DNA from: Verrucomicrobiota bacterium
GTDB taxonomy: Bacteria; Verrucomicrobiota; Verrucomicrobiia; Limisphaerales; Palsa-1400
Reading direction: 5' to 3'
Length of the DNA: 39,061 nt
Assembly: GCA_049510745.1 (NCBI GenBank)
Contig: JBEKYR010000046.1
Location: 1-39,061 of the forward strand
The notes beneath the pieces were generated by a model, which saw only the letters and a list, made by a program, of their open reading frames with translations, was not told the DNA's origin and searched no databases. Below are positions 17,292 through 27,913 of the stretch, piece by piece. The stretch's first letter is position 1; every line of letters begins with the position of its first letter. A program made the position numbers and the translations under genes.

Positions 17292-17310
17292 TTCACGCAA
17301 AATGCGTGAA
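17292..17310. promoter_or_regulatory. Inverted repeat, possible operator or hairpin upstream of the pilus/secretin operon
   Basis: Perfect TTCACGCA-aaa-TGCGTGAA directly after the preceding stop codon. Confidence 0.4.
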
Positions 17311-17552
17311 ATTGGTGCGGAAAACCGGGCGGCTGAAAGGCCGCGTCAAAAAAAGAAGCGCCCGACTGTGGGTTGAGCCGGCGGACGGGGCGGGCGGCGC
17401 GCTGGCATGTGGCAAGCTGAAGAGAAGTTTCTTAATCAAAACGATTGACCACAGGGTGAATATGCAGTAACTAGCACGCACTTTTTACATGAGAACTGGA
17501 GAGGCGGCAGAAATCAGATGAGACGGAATCGCGCGCGGCGCAGGCGGATGCA

Positions 17553-19454
17553 ATGCTAAATTCGAAATCATTCCTGGCAGTCGATTTTGGAGCGGGCAGC
17601 TTGAAGCTGGCCGAGTTTGAACCGAATGAAGCCGGTGGATTGCGCCTCAAGCAGTACGGAATCAAGTCGCTGGGAATCGAGGTGACGCAAGACCCGGCGG
17701 CGCGGGAGGCGGCGATGCAAAGGGTGCTGCAGGAATTGCTGGCGGAGAAGCCTTACAGCGCGCGGCAGATCAACGCCTGCGCGCCCGGGTTCCATGTTTT
17801 CTCAAAATTCGTCAAGCTGCCTCCGGTGGACACGTCGAAAGTCACGCAGATCATCCGCTACGAAGCGCAGCAGAACGTGCCCTTTCCGCTGGACGAAGTG
17901 GTGTGGGACTATCAGATTCTGGGCACGTCGGCCAACAACGAGCTGGAGGTGCTGCTGGTAGCTGTCAAGTCGGAAATAGTGGAAGGGTTGTTTCGGGTGG
18001 CCGAAGGGGCGGGGCTGCGTTTGAAGCTGGTCGATGTGTCGCCGGCGGCGCTGTGCAACGCGTTTCGTTACAATTACGGGGATTTGGAGGGATGCACGAT
18101 GTTGCTGGACGTGGGGGCCAAGACGAGCAACCTGCTGTTTTTTGAGAAGGGCAAGGTGTATTCGCGCAGCATCAACATCGGCGCCAATTCCATCACGCAT
18201 GACTTCGCCAATGAAACGAAGATGAAGTTCGCCGAGGCGGAGGCGGTCAAGCTGGACAAAGGCTCGGTGAGCCTGGGGGGCGCTTACGAAGAGCCGGAGG
18301 ACCCGCAGGCGGCGGCCATTGCCAAGATCGCGCGGCAGGTCATGACACGCCTGCACATCCAGGTCAACCAGACCATTCAGTTCTTCCGCGGGCAGCAGGG
18401 CGGGTCGGCGCCGCAACGGTTGTTCCTTTCGGGCGGGGCGTCGATCATGCCCTACACGGCGCAGTTTTTCGCGGAGAAACTGAACTTGCCGGTGGATTAT
18501 TTCAACCCGTTCCGCAACATCGAGATCGATCCGTCGCTGGATTTGGAGCAACTGTCCAAGCACGCCCACTCGTTTGGCGAGGTGGTGGGGCTGGGGCTGC
18601 GCGATTTGGCCCATTGCCCGGTGGAGTTGAATTTGATGCCGAAAAGCTCGATTCAGCGGCAGGAATTCGCCCACAAGAAACCGTACTTGGTGGCGTCGAT
18701 TTTCAGCCTGGCGCTGGTGGTGTTCGCCATCTACCTGGCGGAAAGGCGGATTGGCGAAGCGCTGCGGAAGAAGGTCGAAGATACCAAACAGCCGCTGGCG
18801 CAGTTAACGGCCCAGAGCCAGCAACTGCAATCGGCCTTGAACGACCGCGAGCAGTTGAAAAAGCAGGCCGACCAAATGAAGGAGCTGGCGGACACCCGGT
18901 TTTATTGGAGCCGGGTGTTAACCGAACTGCGGCGGGTTTTGATGCAGGCCGAGGCCAGCGAAAAAGCCGCCTTGAGAACGCCGGAGAACGGCGGGACCAA
19001 CACCGATGTGGGGGTTTGGGTGGAGAACTTCAATCCGGAGGTTCCGAACGGAAGTCCCTTTGCCGCCGGCGTAGAAGGGGGGAGCGCAGGTTTCAGCGCT
19101 CCCGGGGGGTTTGGGTACGGCAGAATGGACCCCCGAATGAGGGGCTATGGCGGGTTCGGGCGCCCGCAGCAGGGGCCGACGGGGCCGCCGAGGGTGGTGC
19201 CAGGGATGGCGGTGGTGGTCGGAGCCAACGAGATCGCGAAAATCAACCTGACGTGCCGGGCGGTCAACCGCCAGAATCTGTCGCCGATGGCGAACGAGCA
19301 CCTGGCTTTTGCAGTGCAGCGGGAGTTGAACAAAAGCCCCTCCTTCAAGGAGGCCACCTTCAGTCAGCAAGCCGAGCTGACGATGGACGGCAACAATACA
19401 AACACGTTCACGTTTTCAATTACGGTCACGCTGGCGAAGCCCTTCAAGCTCTAG
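17553..19454 (+). CDS. pilM: PilM-PilN fusion (Amuc_1101-like)
   Basis: Actin-like PilM motifs AVDFGAGSLK, EAQQNVPFPLDEVVWDYQ, LLDVGAKTSN and FLSGGAS. These are followed by a PilN-type ELNLMP motif, a TM helix, a coiled coil and a periplasmic domain. Confidence 0.88.
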   Translation: MLNSKSFLAVDFGAGSLKLAEFEPNEAGGLRLKQYGIKSLGIEVTQDPAAREAAMQRVLQELLAEKPYSARQINACAPGFHVFSKFVKLPPVDTSKVTQIIRYEAQQNVPFPLDEVVWDYQILGTSANNELEVLLVAVKSEIVEGLFRVAEGAGLRLKLVDVSPAALCNAFRYNYGDLEGCTMLLDVGAKTSNLLFFEKGKVYSRSINIGANSITHDFANETKMKFAEAEAVKLDKGSVSLGGAYEEPEDPQAAAIAKIARQVMTRLHIQVNQTIQFFRGQQGGSAPQRLFLSGGASIMPYTAQFFAEKLNLPVDYFNPFRNIEIDPSLDLEQLSKHAHSFGEVVGLGLRDLAHCPVELNLMPKSSIQRQEFAHKKPYLVASIFSLALVVFAIYLAERRIGEALRKKVEDTKQPLAQLTAQSQQLQSALNDREQLKKQADQMKELADTRFYWSRVLTELRRVLMQAEASEKAALRTPENGGTNTDVGVWVENFNPEVPNGSPFAAGVEGGSAGFSAPGGFGYGRMDPRMRGYGGFGRPQQGPTGPPRVVPGMAVVVGANEIAKINLTCRAVNRQNLSPMANEHLAFAVQRELNKSPSFKEATFSQQAELTMDGNNTNTFTFSITVTLAKPFKL

Positions 19455-19456
19455 GT

Positions 19457-20452
19457 ATGGCCTGGCTTAAACGAAACCTTTACTTCGTCATCACGTCCGC
19501 GATCGGCCTGGCCGTCACGGGATACTGCGGTTTTTTGCTCTATACGGCGCTGGGGGAGAACAGGGGGGTGAGCGACGAGTACGGCACCACCCTCAACAGT
19601 TTGCGGGAGTTTGAGCAGAAAACGCCCGCTGTCAACAAGCAGAACATCGCGAGCGCCAAAGAAGATCAAGAACGTGTGCGGGCGTTTTTGGCGGATTTCC
19701 GCAAGGCCTTCCTGCCCTTTCCGACTCCGCCCAAAGTGAACGAGCTTGAATTCAAGGATTATCTGCTGAAGACCATTTATGAACTGGGCCAGGAGGCGAC
19801 CAACGCCGGCGTGCTGCTGCCCCCCGGCTACAGCTTCTGTTTTTCCCAGCAAAAGGACAAGTTGAGTTACAGTCCCGAATGCATCGCGCCGTGGATGCAG
19901 CAGTTGGAAGAGATTAAAGCGATCGTGCATATTCTGTTCCGGGCCAAGATCAATTACCTGGAAGAGGTGCAGCGCTGCCCGGTTTGCTCGGATGAAGGAG
20001 GGGGAAGCGAATACATTCAAACCTCCAGCGTGAGCAATCAGTGGGGCGTGGTCACACCCTACAAAGTCATGTTCCGCGGTTTCAGCACCGAGATTGCCGC
20101 TGTGCTGGCCGGCTTCGCCGCCTCGAGCAATTGCTTCATCGTCAAAGACATCGATGTCACCCCGTCCAGGGCGCCGCTGCCCCAGGTGGTGCCGCCGCCG
20201 GCGACGCCGGCGACGCCCCCGCCGGTCTATGTGGCCGCGCCGCAGCCCACCCCCTTTCAGATGAGTATGGAAAGGGACATGCGCGGGCGCGGGCGCCCGG
20301 GAACGCCAGGAGGGTACCCTGGAGGATACATGAGGCCGCTGCCGCAAGCCGCGCCGGCGGCGGCGGCGCCGGCGCCGGCCGGGCCGGAAACCATTCTTAC
20401 GGAAAGCCTGTTATTCGTCACGCTTGTGGTGGACGTGGTCAAACTCAAATAG
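19457..20452 (+). CDS. Amuc_1100-like / PilO-like pilus-associated protein
   Basis: N-terminal TM helix, coiled coil, PilO-like alpha/beta region (PYKVMFRG...FIVKDIDV) and a Pro-rich insertion. Starts 2 nt after the pilM stop. Confidence 0.72.
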   Translation: MAWLKRNLYFVITSAIGLAVTGYCGFLLYTALGENRGVSDEYGTTLNSLREFEQKTPAVNKQNIASAKEDQERVRAFLADFRKAFLPFPTPPKVNELEFKDYLLKTIYELGQEATNAGVLLPPGYSFCFSQQKDKLSYSPECIAPWMQQLEEIKAIVHILFRAKINYLEEVQRCPVCSDEGGGSEYIQTSSVSNQWGVVTPYKVMFRGFSTEIAAVLAGFAASSNCFIVKDIDVTPSRAPLPQVVPPPATPATPPPVYVAAPQPTPFQMSMERDMRGRGRPGTPGGYPGGYMRPLPQAAPAAAAPAPAGPETILTESLLFVTLVVDVVKLK

Positions 20453-20463
20453 CCGGAGAACTG

Positions 20464-21237
20464 ATGGAATTCCTCAAGCGACATTACGAAAAAATCATAT
20501 TGTGCCTGGTTTTGCTGGGCCTGGCGGGGGCGGCGATGTGGATGAAGGCGCAGATGACCCCGGTTCCCGAGGCGGCGGCGCCCGTCCTCTCGCGGTCGAA
20601 GTCCGCGCCCCTGGTGCCCATCAATCTGGTCACGGACCAACTGGCCCTGGCGCAAATCACCAACCCGCCGCCCATTATCCTATCGGGGGAGCAGAATTTG
20701 TTCAACCCCGTGACGTGGAAGCGAAAACCCAATGGCGAACTGATCAAGATTTTCAAGTCCGGGCCGGAGGCGCTGACGGTGGTGGACATCACGACCAATT
20801 ACACCATCGTGTCCTACGATCGCTCCGGCGGGAGCAATATCTACGTGATGACCTTCCAGCAGCATGCCGACCCGGCCCATCCCGGACGCAAAAGGACCGA
20901 ATTGGCCAAGAAGGATGAAAAGACAAAATCGGGCCTTTACATCATCCGCGGCATCAAAGGTGCTCCGGAAGATCCCACGGACCTGGACTTGGAGATACCC
21001 GAAACGGGGGAGACGGTGAGCGTCTCCAAGGACAAGCCGTATATGCACGCGGACAGTTACATCGCGGACCTGAAATACGATCCGGAGTTGAGGACGCTGC
21101 CGAAAACGCATGTCAACGATACGATGACGCTGGACGGGGAGGTCTATAAAGTTGTTGAAATCACCGGCAATAGCGTTAGAGTGCAGTCCTCTAAAACGAC
21201 CAAAGTGAGCGAGATCAAATGGAAACAAGGCCCGTGA
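20464..21237 (+). CDS. Amuc_1099-like pilus system protein (PilP/GspC position)
   Basis: MEFLKRHYEKIIL membrane anchor, NLFNP motif and a beta-rich C-terminus. Located between the PilO-like gene and the secretin. Confidence 0.65.
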   Translation: MEFLKRHYEKIILCLVLLGLAGAAMWMKAQMTPVPEAAAPVLSRSKSAPLVPINLVTDQLALAQITNPPPIILSGEQNLFNPVTWKRKPNGELIKIFKSGPEALTVVDITTNYTIVSYDRSGGSNIYVMTFQQHADPAHPGRKRTELAKKDEKTKSGLYIIRGIKGAPEDPTDLDLEIPETGETVSVSKDKPYMHADSYIADLKYDPELRTLPKTHVNDTMTLDGEVYKVVEITGNSVRVQSSKTTKVSEIKWKQGP

Positions 21238-21275
21238 CGGAGACGGGGAACTGGATTTTTAAAGTGAAACGACAC

Positions 21276-24017
<2,742 letters not shown>

Positions 24018-24079
24018 GGGGGTGGCTTGAATTGCCGGCGCACGCGGACGGCAACGCCGCACCAAACTGAGTGTATTTC

Positions 24080-25015
24080 ATGCCAAGCAATCCGACATCT
24101 GAATCTGCGGCGGCGGAACGATTGCTGATTGTGGATGGGCACGCCTATGCGTATCGGGCGTTCCATGCCATTCGCGGGCTGTCTTCGCCGACGGGAGGGG
24201 CGACCAACGCGATCTACGGCTTCATTCGGATGCTGGGCAAGTTGGTTGCCAGGGCGAAGCCATCGCACGCGGTGGTGGTTTGGGACGGCGGCCTGGCCCC
24301 GGAAAGAATGAAATTGCTGCCGGAGTACAAGGCGCAGCGCCCCCCGATGCCGGCCGCATTGGAGGAGCAACTGGACGAGATCACCGCCTATTTGCGGGCG
24401 GCGAACATGGCATCCTTCATGCAGGAGTCCTGCGAAGCGGATGATTGCATTGCCGCCCTGACGCAACAGGCGGTCGCGGCGGGTTGGGAGGTGGTGATAG
24501 CCAGTTCGGACAAGGACTTCATGCAACTGGTTTCGCCGCGCGTTTGGCTGCTCAATCCCAATGACAAGACGGAAGCTTTTTGGGGAGCGGAGGAGGTTCG
24601 GGCCAAAACCGGCGTGGAGCCTGCGCAGATGGTGGATTGGTTGAGCTTGGTGGGAGACTCGGTTGACAATATAGCCGGGGTTCCGGGCGTTGGCCCCAAA
24701 ACTGCTGCGGATTTATTGCGCCAATTTGGTTCCATTGAGGAGATGTATCGGCGGCTGGCGGAAGTCCGCCTGGAGCGCGTGCGGGCGGCTTTGGCAGCGT
24801 CCGCAGAATTGGTCCGCCGCAACCAGGAATTGGTCCGGTTGAAAAGCGAGACGCCTTGTGCGGTGTCATTGGAGGTGTTGGCGATAAAGCCCGGCAATGA
24901 TGAAGCGTTGCGCCAGCTCTTTACCCGTTGGGGATTCGAATCCCTGCTCCGTGAACTGGAGGAAGCGCGGATGGGGGCGGGCGAATTGTTCGAGGAAAAG
25001 GCAGGCGTCGCATGA
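24080..25015 (+). CDS. Stand-alone 5'-3' exonuclease / flap endonuclease (Pol I N-terminal domain family)
   Basis: Motifs IVDGHAYAYRAFH, VWDGG, YKAQR, EADD, SSDKDFMQL and the H3TH motif GDSVDNIAGVPGVGPKTA. The ORF ends without polymerase domains. Confidence 0.92.
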   Translation: MPSNPTSESAAAERLLIVDGHAYAYRAFHAIRGLSSPTGGATNAIYGFIRMLGKLVARAKPSHAVVVWDGGLAPERMKLLPEYKAQRPPMPAALEEQLDEITAYLRAANMASFMQESCEADDCIAALTQQAVAAGWEVVIASSDKDFMQLVSPRVWLLNPNDKTEAFWGAEEVRAKTGVEPAQMVDWLSLVGDSVDNIAGVPGVGPKTAADLLRQFGSIEEMYRRLAEVRLERVRAALAASAELVRRNQELVRLKSETPCAVSLEVLAIKPGNDEALRQLFTRWGFESLLRELEEARMGAGELFEEKAGVA

Positions 25016-25080
25016 GTGTCCGCGGCCGCCGGCAAGGCGCGAAATATGCCAATAAACACCGCAAAATCTCAAAGATTGCG

Positions 25081-25109
25081 TGGACAGAGAGAGCTTGTTC
25101 TGATATAAA
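25081..25109 (+). promoter_or_regulatory. Sigma70-like promoter of the surface-protein operon
   Basis: TGGACA-17 nt-TATAAA with an extended -10 TG, ending 11 nt before the ATG at 25121. Confidence 0.6.
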
Positions 25110-25120
25110 GGATTAATCAT

Positions 25121-26380
25121 ATGTCCGTAATGTTGCGTGTTCCCGGAAGTCTTTGGTTGGGGGTATTTCTCGCTGGTTCGGTGGCGCTGTTGGGGCAGAA
25201 TTCTGTCGTGCGCCAGGGCGGCGAGTTTTCGATCCTGGGCAGCGTTCCGGGCGACCAGGTCCGGCCGAGCTTGTCGTTGTCGTCATCGGCAGGGGTGATC
25301 GTCTGGCAGGACAACATGGTGGACAAGCACGGGGCGGGAGTGGGCGGGGCGCTCTTGAACACCGGCTTTGGCGCCTCCCGCATCTTCCGGGTCAATAAGA
25401 CCGCGACGGGCGATCAGATCAAGCCAAAGGTCCAACTCCTGGCCAACAATGACCTCATTTGCGTTTGGGAAAGCGCGGTGGCCGGGACGCCGGACATTTA
25501 TGCCCGCCTGGCAAGAGGGCCCAAAGGCGGCGACGCCTACGGCACCAATTTTTACACCATTGACCTTCGGCTCAACTCCTACACCGCGGATCAGCAGACC
25601 GATCCAGCGGTCACGGCCTTGCCGGATGGAAGCGCCATTGTGAGCTGGCAAAGTTATGGCCAGGACGGGAGCATGTGGGGGGTTTATGCGCGAAGGGTGC
25701 TGGCCACCGGGAAGACGCCGGCCAAAGAGTTCCTGGTCAACCAATACACCGCCTACAACCAGCGCAGCCCGGCTGTGGCCACCCTGGCCAACGGCCAGTA
25801 CGTCATCGCCTGGATTTCCGAGCAGGAGCGGTTTTTGAACAGTGTGGACGTTTATGCCCGCATCTTCACGGCGGCGGGCGTGCCGGTGACGGACGAAATC
25901 CCGGTCAACTCCTGCACCAACATCTGTGACAGTCCGGCGGTGGCCCCCCTCAATGACGGCGGGTTTACCGTGGTATGGGCGCAAAAGGATTCCGTGGTGC
26001 TGACCAACAGTTGGGATGTGTGGGGGAGGGCCTTTTCGGCGGGAGGGAATCCCGAGGTGAGCGATTTCCGGATCAACACTTATTTGTACGGCGATCAATA
26101 CCGGCCGCAGATCGCGGCCGGGCCGTCCGGCAGCCTGGTCGTTTGGACGAGCATGGGGCAGGACGGCTCGCGCGAAGGAGTTTTTGGCCGTTTTTTACAG
26201 GGGGGAACACAAGTTTCGGGCGACGAGTTGGCGGTCAACACCACGACCGTCAGCCAGCAGATTCATCCGGCGGTGGCGTGGAACGGGGTGGATCATTTTC
26301 TGGTGGTCTGGTCGAGCTTTGTGGGCGCGGCCGGTTTTGATCTTTATGGGCAGGCGTACGTTCTGAGCACCTTGCCGTAA
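25121..26380 (+). CDS. Secreted repeat protein, probable 7-bladed beta-propeller
   Basis: Signal peptide, then seven repeats of (E/D)F.VN..T...Q..P.V......F.VVW. Confidence 0.85.
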   Translation: MSVMLRVPGSLWLGVFLAGSVALLGQNSVVRQGGEFSILGSVPGDQVRPSLSLSSSAGVIVWQDNMVDKHGAGVGGALLNTGFGASRIFRVNKTATGDQIKPKVQLLANNDLICVWESAVAGTPDIYARLARGPKGGDAYGTNFYTIDLRLNSYTADQQTDPAVTALPDGSAIVSWQSYGQDGSMWGVYARRVLATGKTPAKEFLVNQYTAYNQRSPAVATLANGQYVIAWISEQERFLNSVDVYARIFTAAGVPVTDEIPVNSCTNICDSPAVAPLNDGGFTVVWAQKDSVVLTNSWDVWGRAFSAGGNPEVSDFRINTYLYGDQYRPQIAAGPSGSLVVWTSMGQDGSREGVFGRFLQGGTQVSGDELAVNTTTVSQQIHPAVAWNGVDHFLVVWSSFVGAAGFDLYGQAYVLSTLP

Positions 26381-26399
26381 TGAGTGAACAGCGAATCTT

Positions 26400-27899
26400 A
26401 TGATGCGAACTTTCATCAAGAGCGCGGGCCTGATCCTGGCCTGGGCAGCGGTGCAGCCGGTGTGCGCCTTCAGCCTTTGGGGGCCGTTGGAGGCGTGGCA
26501 GACAGCGACCATGGACTACGGTAACCGCTACTACTACCTGAACGTCGAGGAAGACACTGGGATTGGCGTTTCAGAAAACGGAGGATCGAAGAACTTTGGC
26601 GAGGGGTCCAGGCTGACCACGCCGATTGTGACGTATGCGTTTGATCCGACGTTCCTGGAGTACTTCGGTACCAAGGGGGTGGCCGCCGTCGATTCGGCCA
26701 TGAAGCTGCTCAACGGCCTTCCCAGCGCCTCGAGCGCCAACCTGAACAAGTTCCTGACCGATGGCAACGAGCAGTTCAATTACAGCGCCCAGGCCATGTC
26801 CCTGCTGGATATGAAATCCGTTGTGATGTGGCTGATGCTTGAGCACATGGGGTTGCTCGGGGAAACTCACGTGTGGGACCTGCGCACGCGCATCCCTTAT
26901 GGCACTGTCCCCTGTAATTTCGACTATTTTGTCATCAATCGCAGTTTTGATCCCGTGACCTACAATCCCAGTTCGTATGTTAACGGAAGAAATTATGCTT
27001 ATTCCATTTGGGACGGCTGCACGGCGGGCATCCAGGTGGCCGATGCGATTGAGACGGCGGCCGACGCGACCCAGCCTCGATTCACCGCGGTGGCGACCCC
27101 GGAGGGCCTGCAGTTGGGTGGTTTTTATCTCAACGTGACGCGCGACGACATGGGCGGCCTGAAGTACCTTTACCGGAAGAGCAATTATGCCAATCAAGGC
27201 TTGGACACGGACGCGACAGCGACGCCCTTCAGCAGTTTGATCAGTTCGTGGGAGCCAGCCGTTTCCAACGCCCCCATCACCACCGTGGCCGGCACCTTCG
27301 CCGGGTTGGTGGGGGGAGTGGAGAAGGTCACGTTCGTGAAGGTCCCCTATGACTCCGTTTTGGGCACCGCCTTTTCCAACAGAGTTTTCACGTATAAGAT
27401 CCCGTGGATCACCAATTCAACCCTTCGCCGGCTCACCGTAACGCGGACGGTGGTCGCGCCGGACGTGCTTTTCACCGCGGCGGACCTGGTCGTGAACGCC
27501 TTTCCACCCAATGACGAGGCGGTGACGCGGTCGGGGAACTTTATTGCCAACAACGTGGTTTCCGCGGGCGGGGGGATCACGCCGAGCACGATCGCGGCGC
27601 CGATGGTGATCACGTTTAACAAGGTTGGGGCAATCTATTACAATGTCAATCCTGGTTTCCTGGATCCTTATAACTTCGAGATGTACCCGATTTTCATTTG
27701 GGGGTCGTTTGACGGTTCGACCAACGCGCCGGTGGTCTTCCCGGTGGGTTCGAGTATTGAGCAATTGGAGCAGCAGGTTTTGCAAGGGGGCGCCGCGGTG
27801 CCCGCGGGAACGTGGAACCCGATCTCGCTGACCAATACCACGGGCACTGCGACGGGCGGAGGGACCGGCGGAGGGGGCGGCGGAACAACCGGAGGCTGA
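26400..27899 (+). CDS. Secreted protein with a possible degenerate matrixin-like domain and a Gly/Thr tail
   Basis: Signal peptide (cleavage near VCA/FS), LDMKSVVMWLMLEHMGL and VTRDDMGGLKYLY; C-terminus TTGTATGGGTGGGGGGTTGG. Confidence 0.8.
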   Translation: MMRTFIKSAGLILAWAAVQPVCAFSLWGPLEAWQTATMDYGNRYYYLNVEEDTGIGVSENGGSKNFGEGSRLTTPIVTYAFDPTFLEYFGTKGVAAVDSAMKLLNGLPSASSANLNKFLTDGNEQFNYSAQAMSLLDMKSVVMWLMLEHMGLLGETHVWDLRTRIPYGTVPCNFDYFVINRSFDPVTYNPSSYVNGRNYAYSIWDGCTAGIQVADAIETAADATQPRFTAVATPEGLQLGGFYLNVTRDDMGGLKYLYRKSNYANQGLDTDATATPFSSLISSWEPAVSNAPITTVAGTFAGLVGGVEKVTFVKVPYDSVLGTAFSNRVFTYKIPWITNSTLRRLTVTRTVVAPDVLFTAADLVVNAFPPNDEAVTRSGNFIANNVVSAGGGITPSTIAAPMVITFNKVGAIYYNVNPGFLDPYNFEMYPIFIWGSFDGSTNAPVVFPVGSSIEQLEQQVLQGGAAVPAGTWNPISLTNTTGTATGGGTGGGGGGTTGG

Positions 27900-27913
27900 A
27901 GATGGAGTTACCT

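Noticed and set aside
17318..17365. c-di-GMP-I riboswitch
   Set aside because: A GAAA-capped hairpin is present, but the conserved GCAAA/GACGCAAAG context and a convincing second stem are not.
18614..19456. Upstream extensions of the 612-aa ORF (and likewise of the 398-aa and 1463-aa ORFs)
   Set aside because: They overlap the preceding genes in another frame. Membrane anchors or signal peptides start at 19457, 20464 and 27914.
24080..25015. polA, or a polA pseudogene
   Set aside because: The ORF ends cleanly after the 5' nuclease domain, and no proofreading or polymerase remnant follows.
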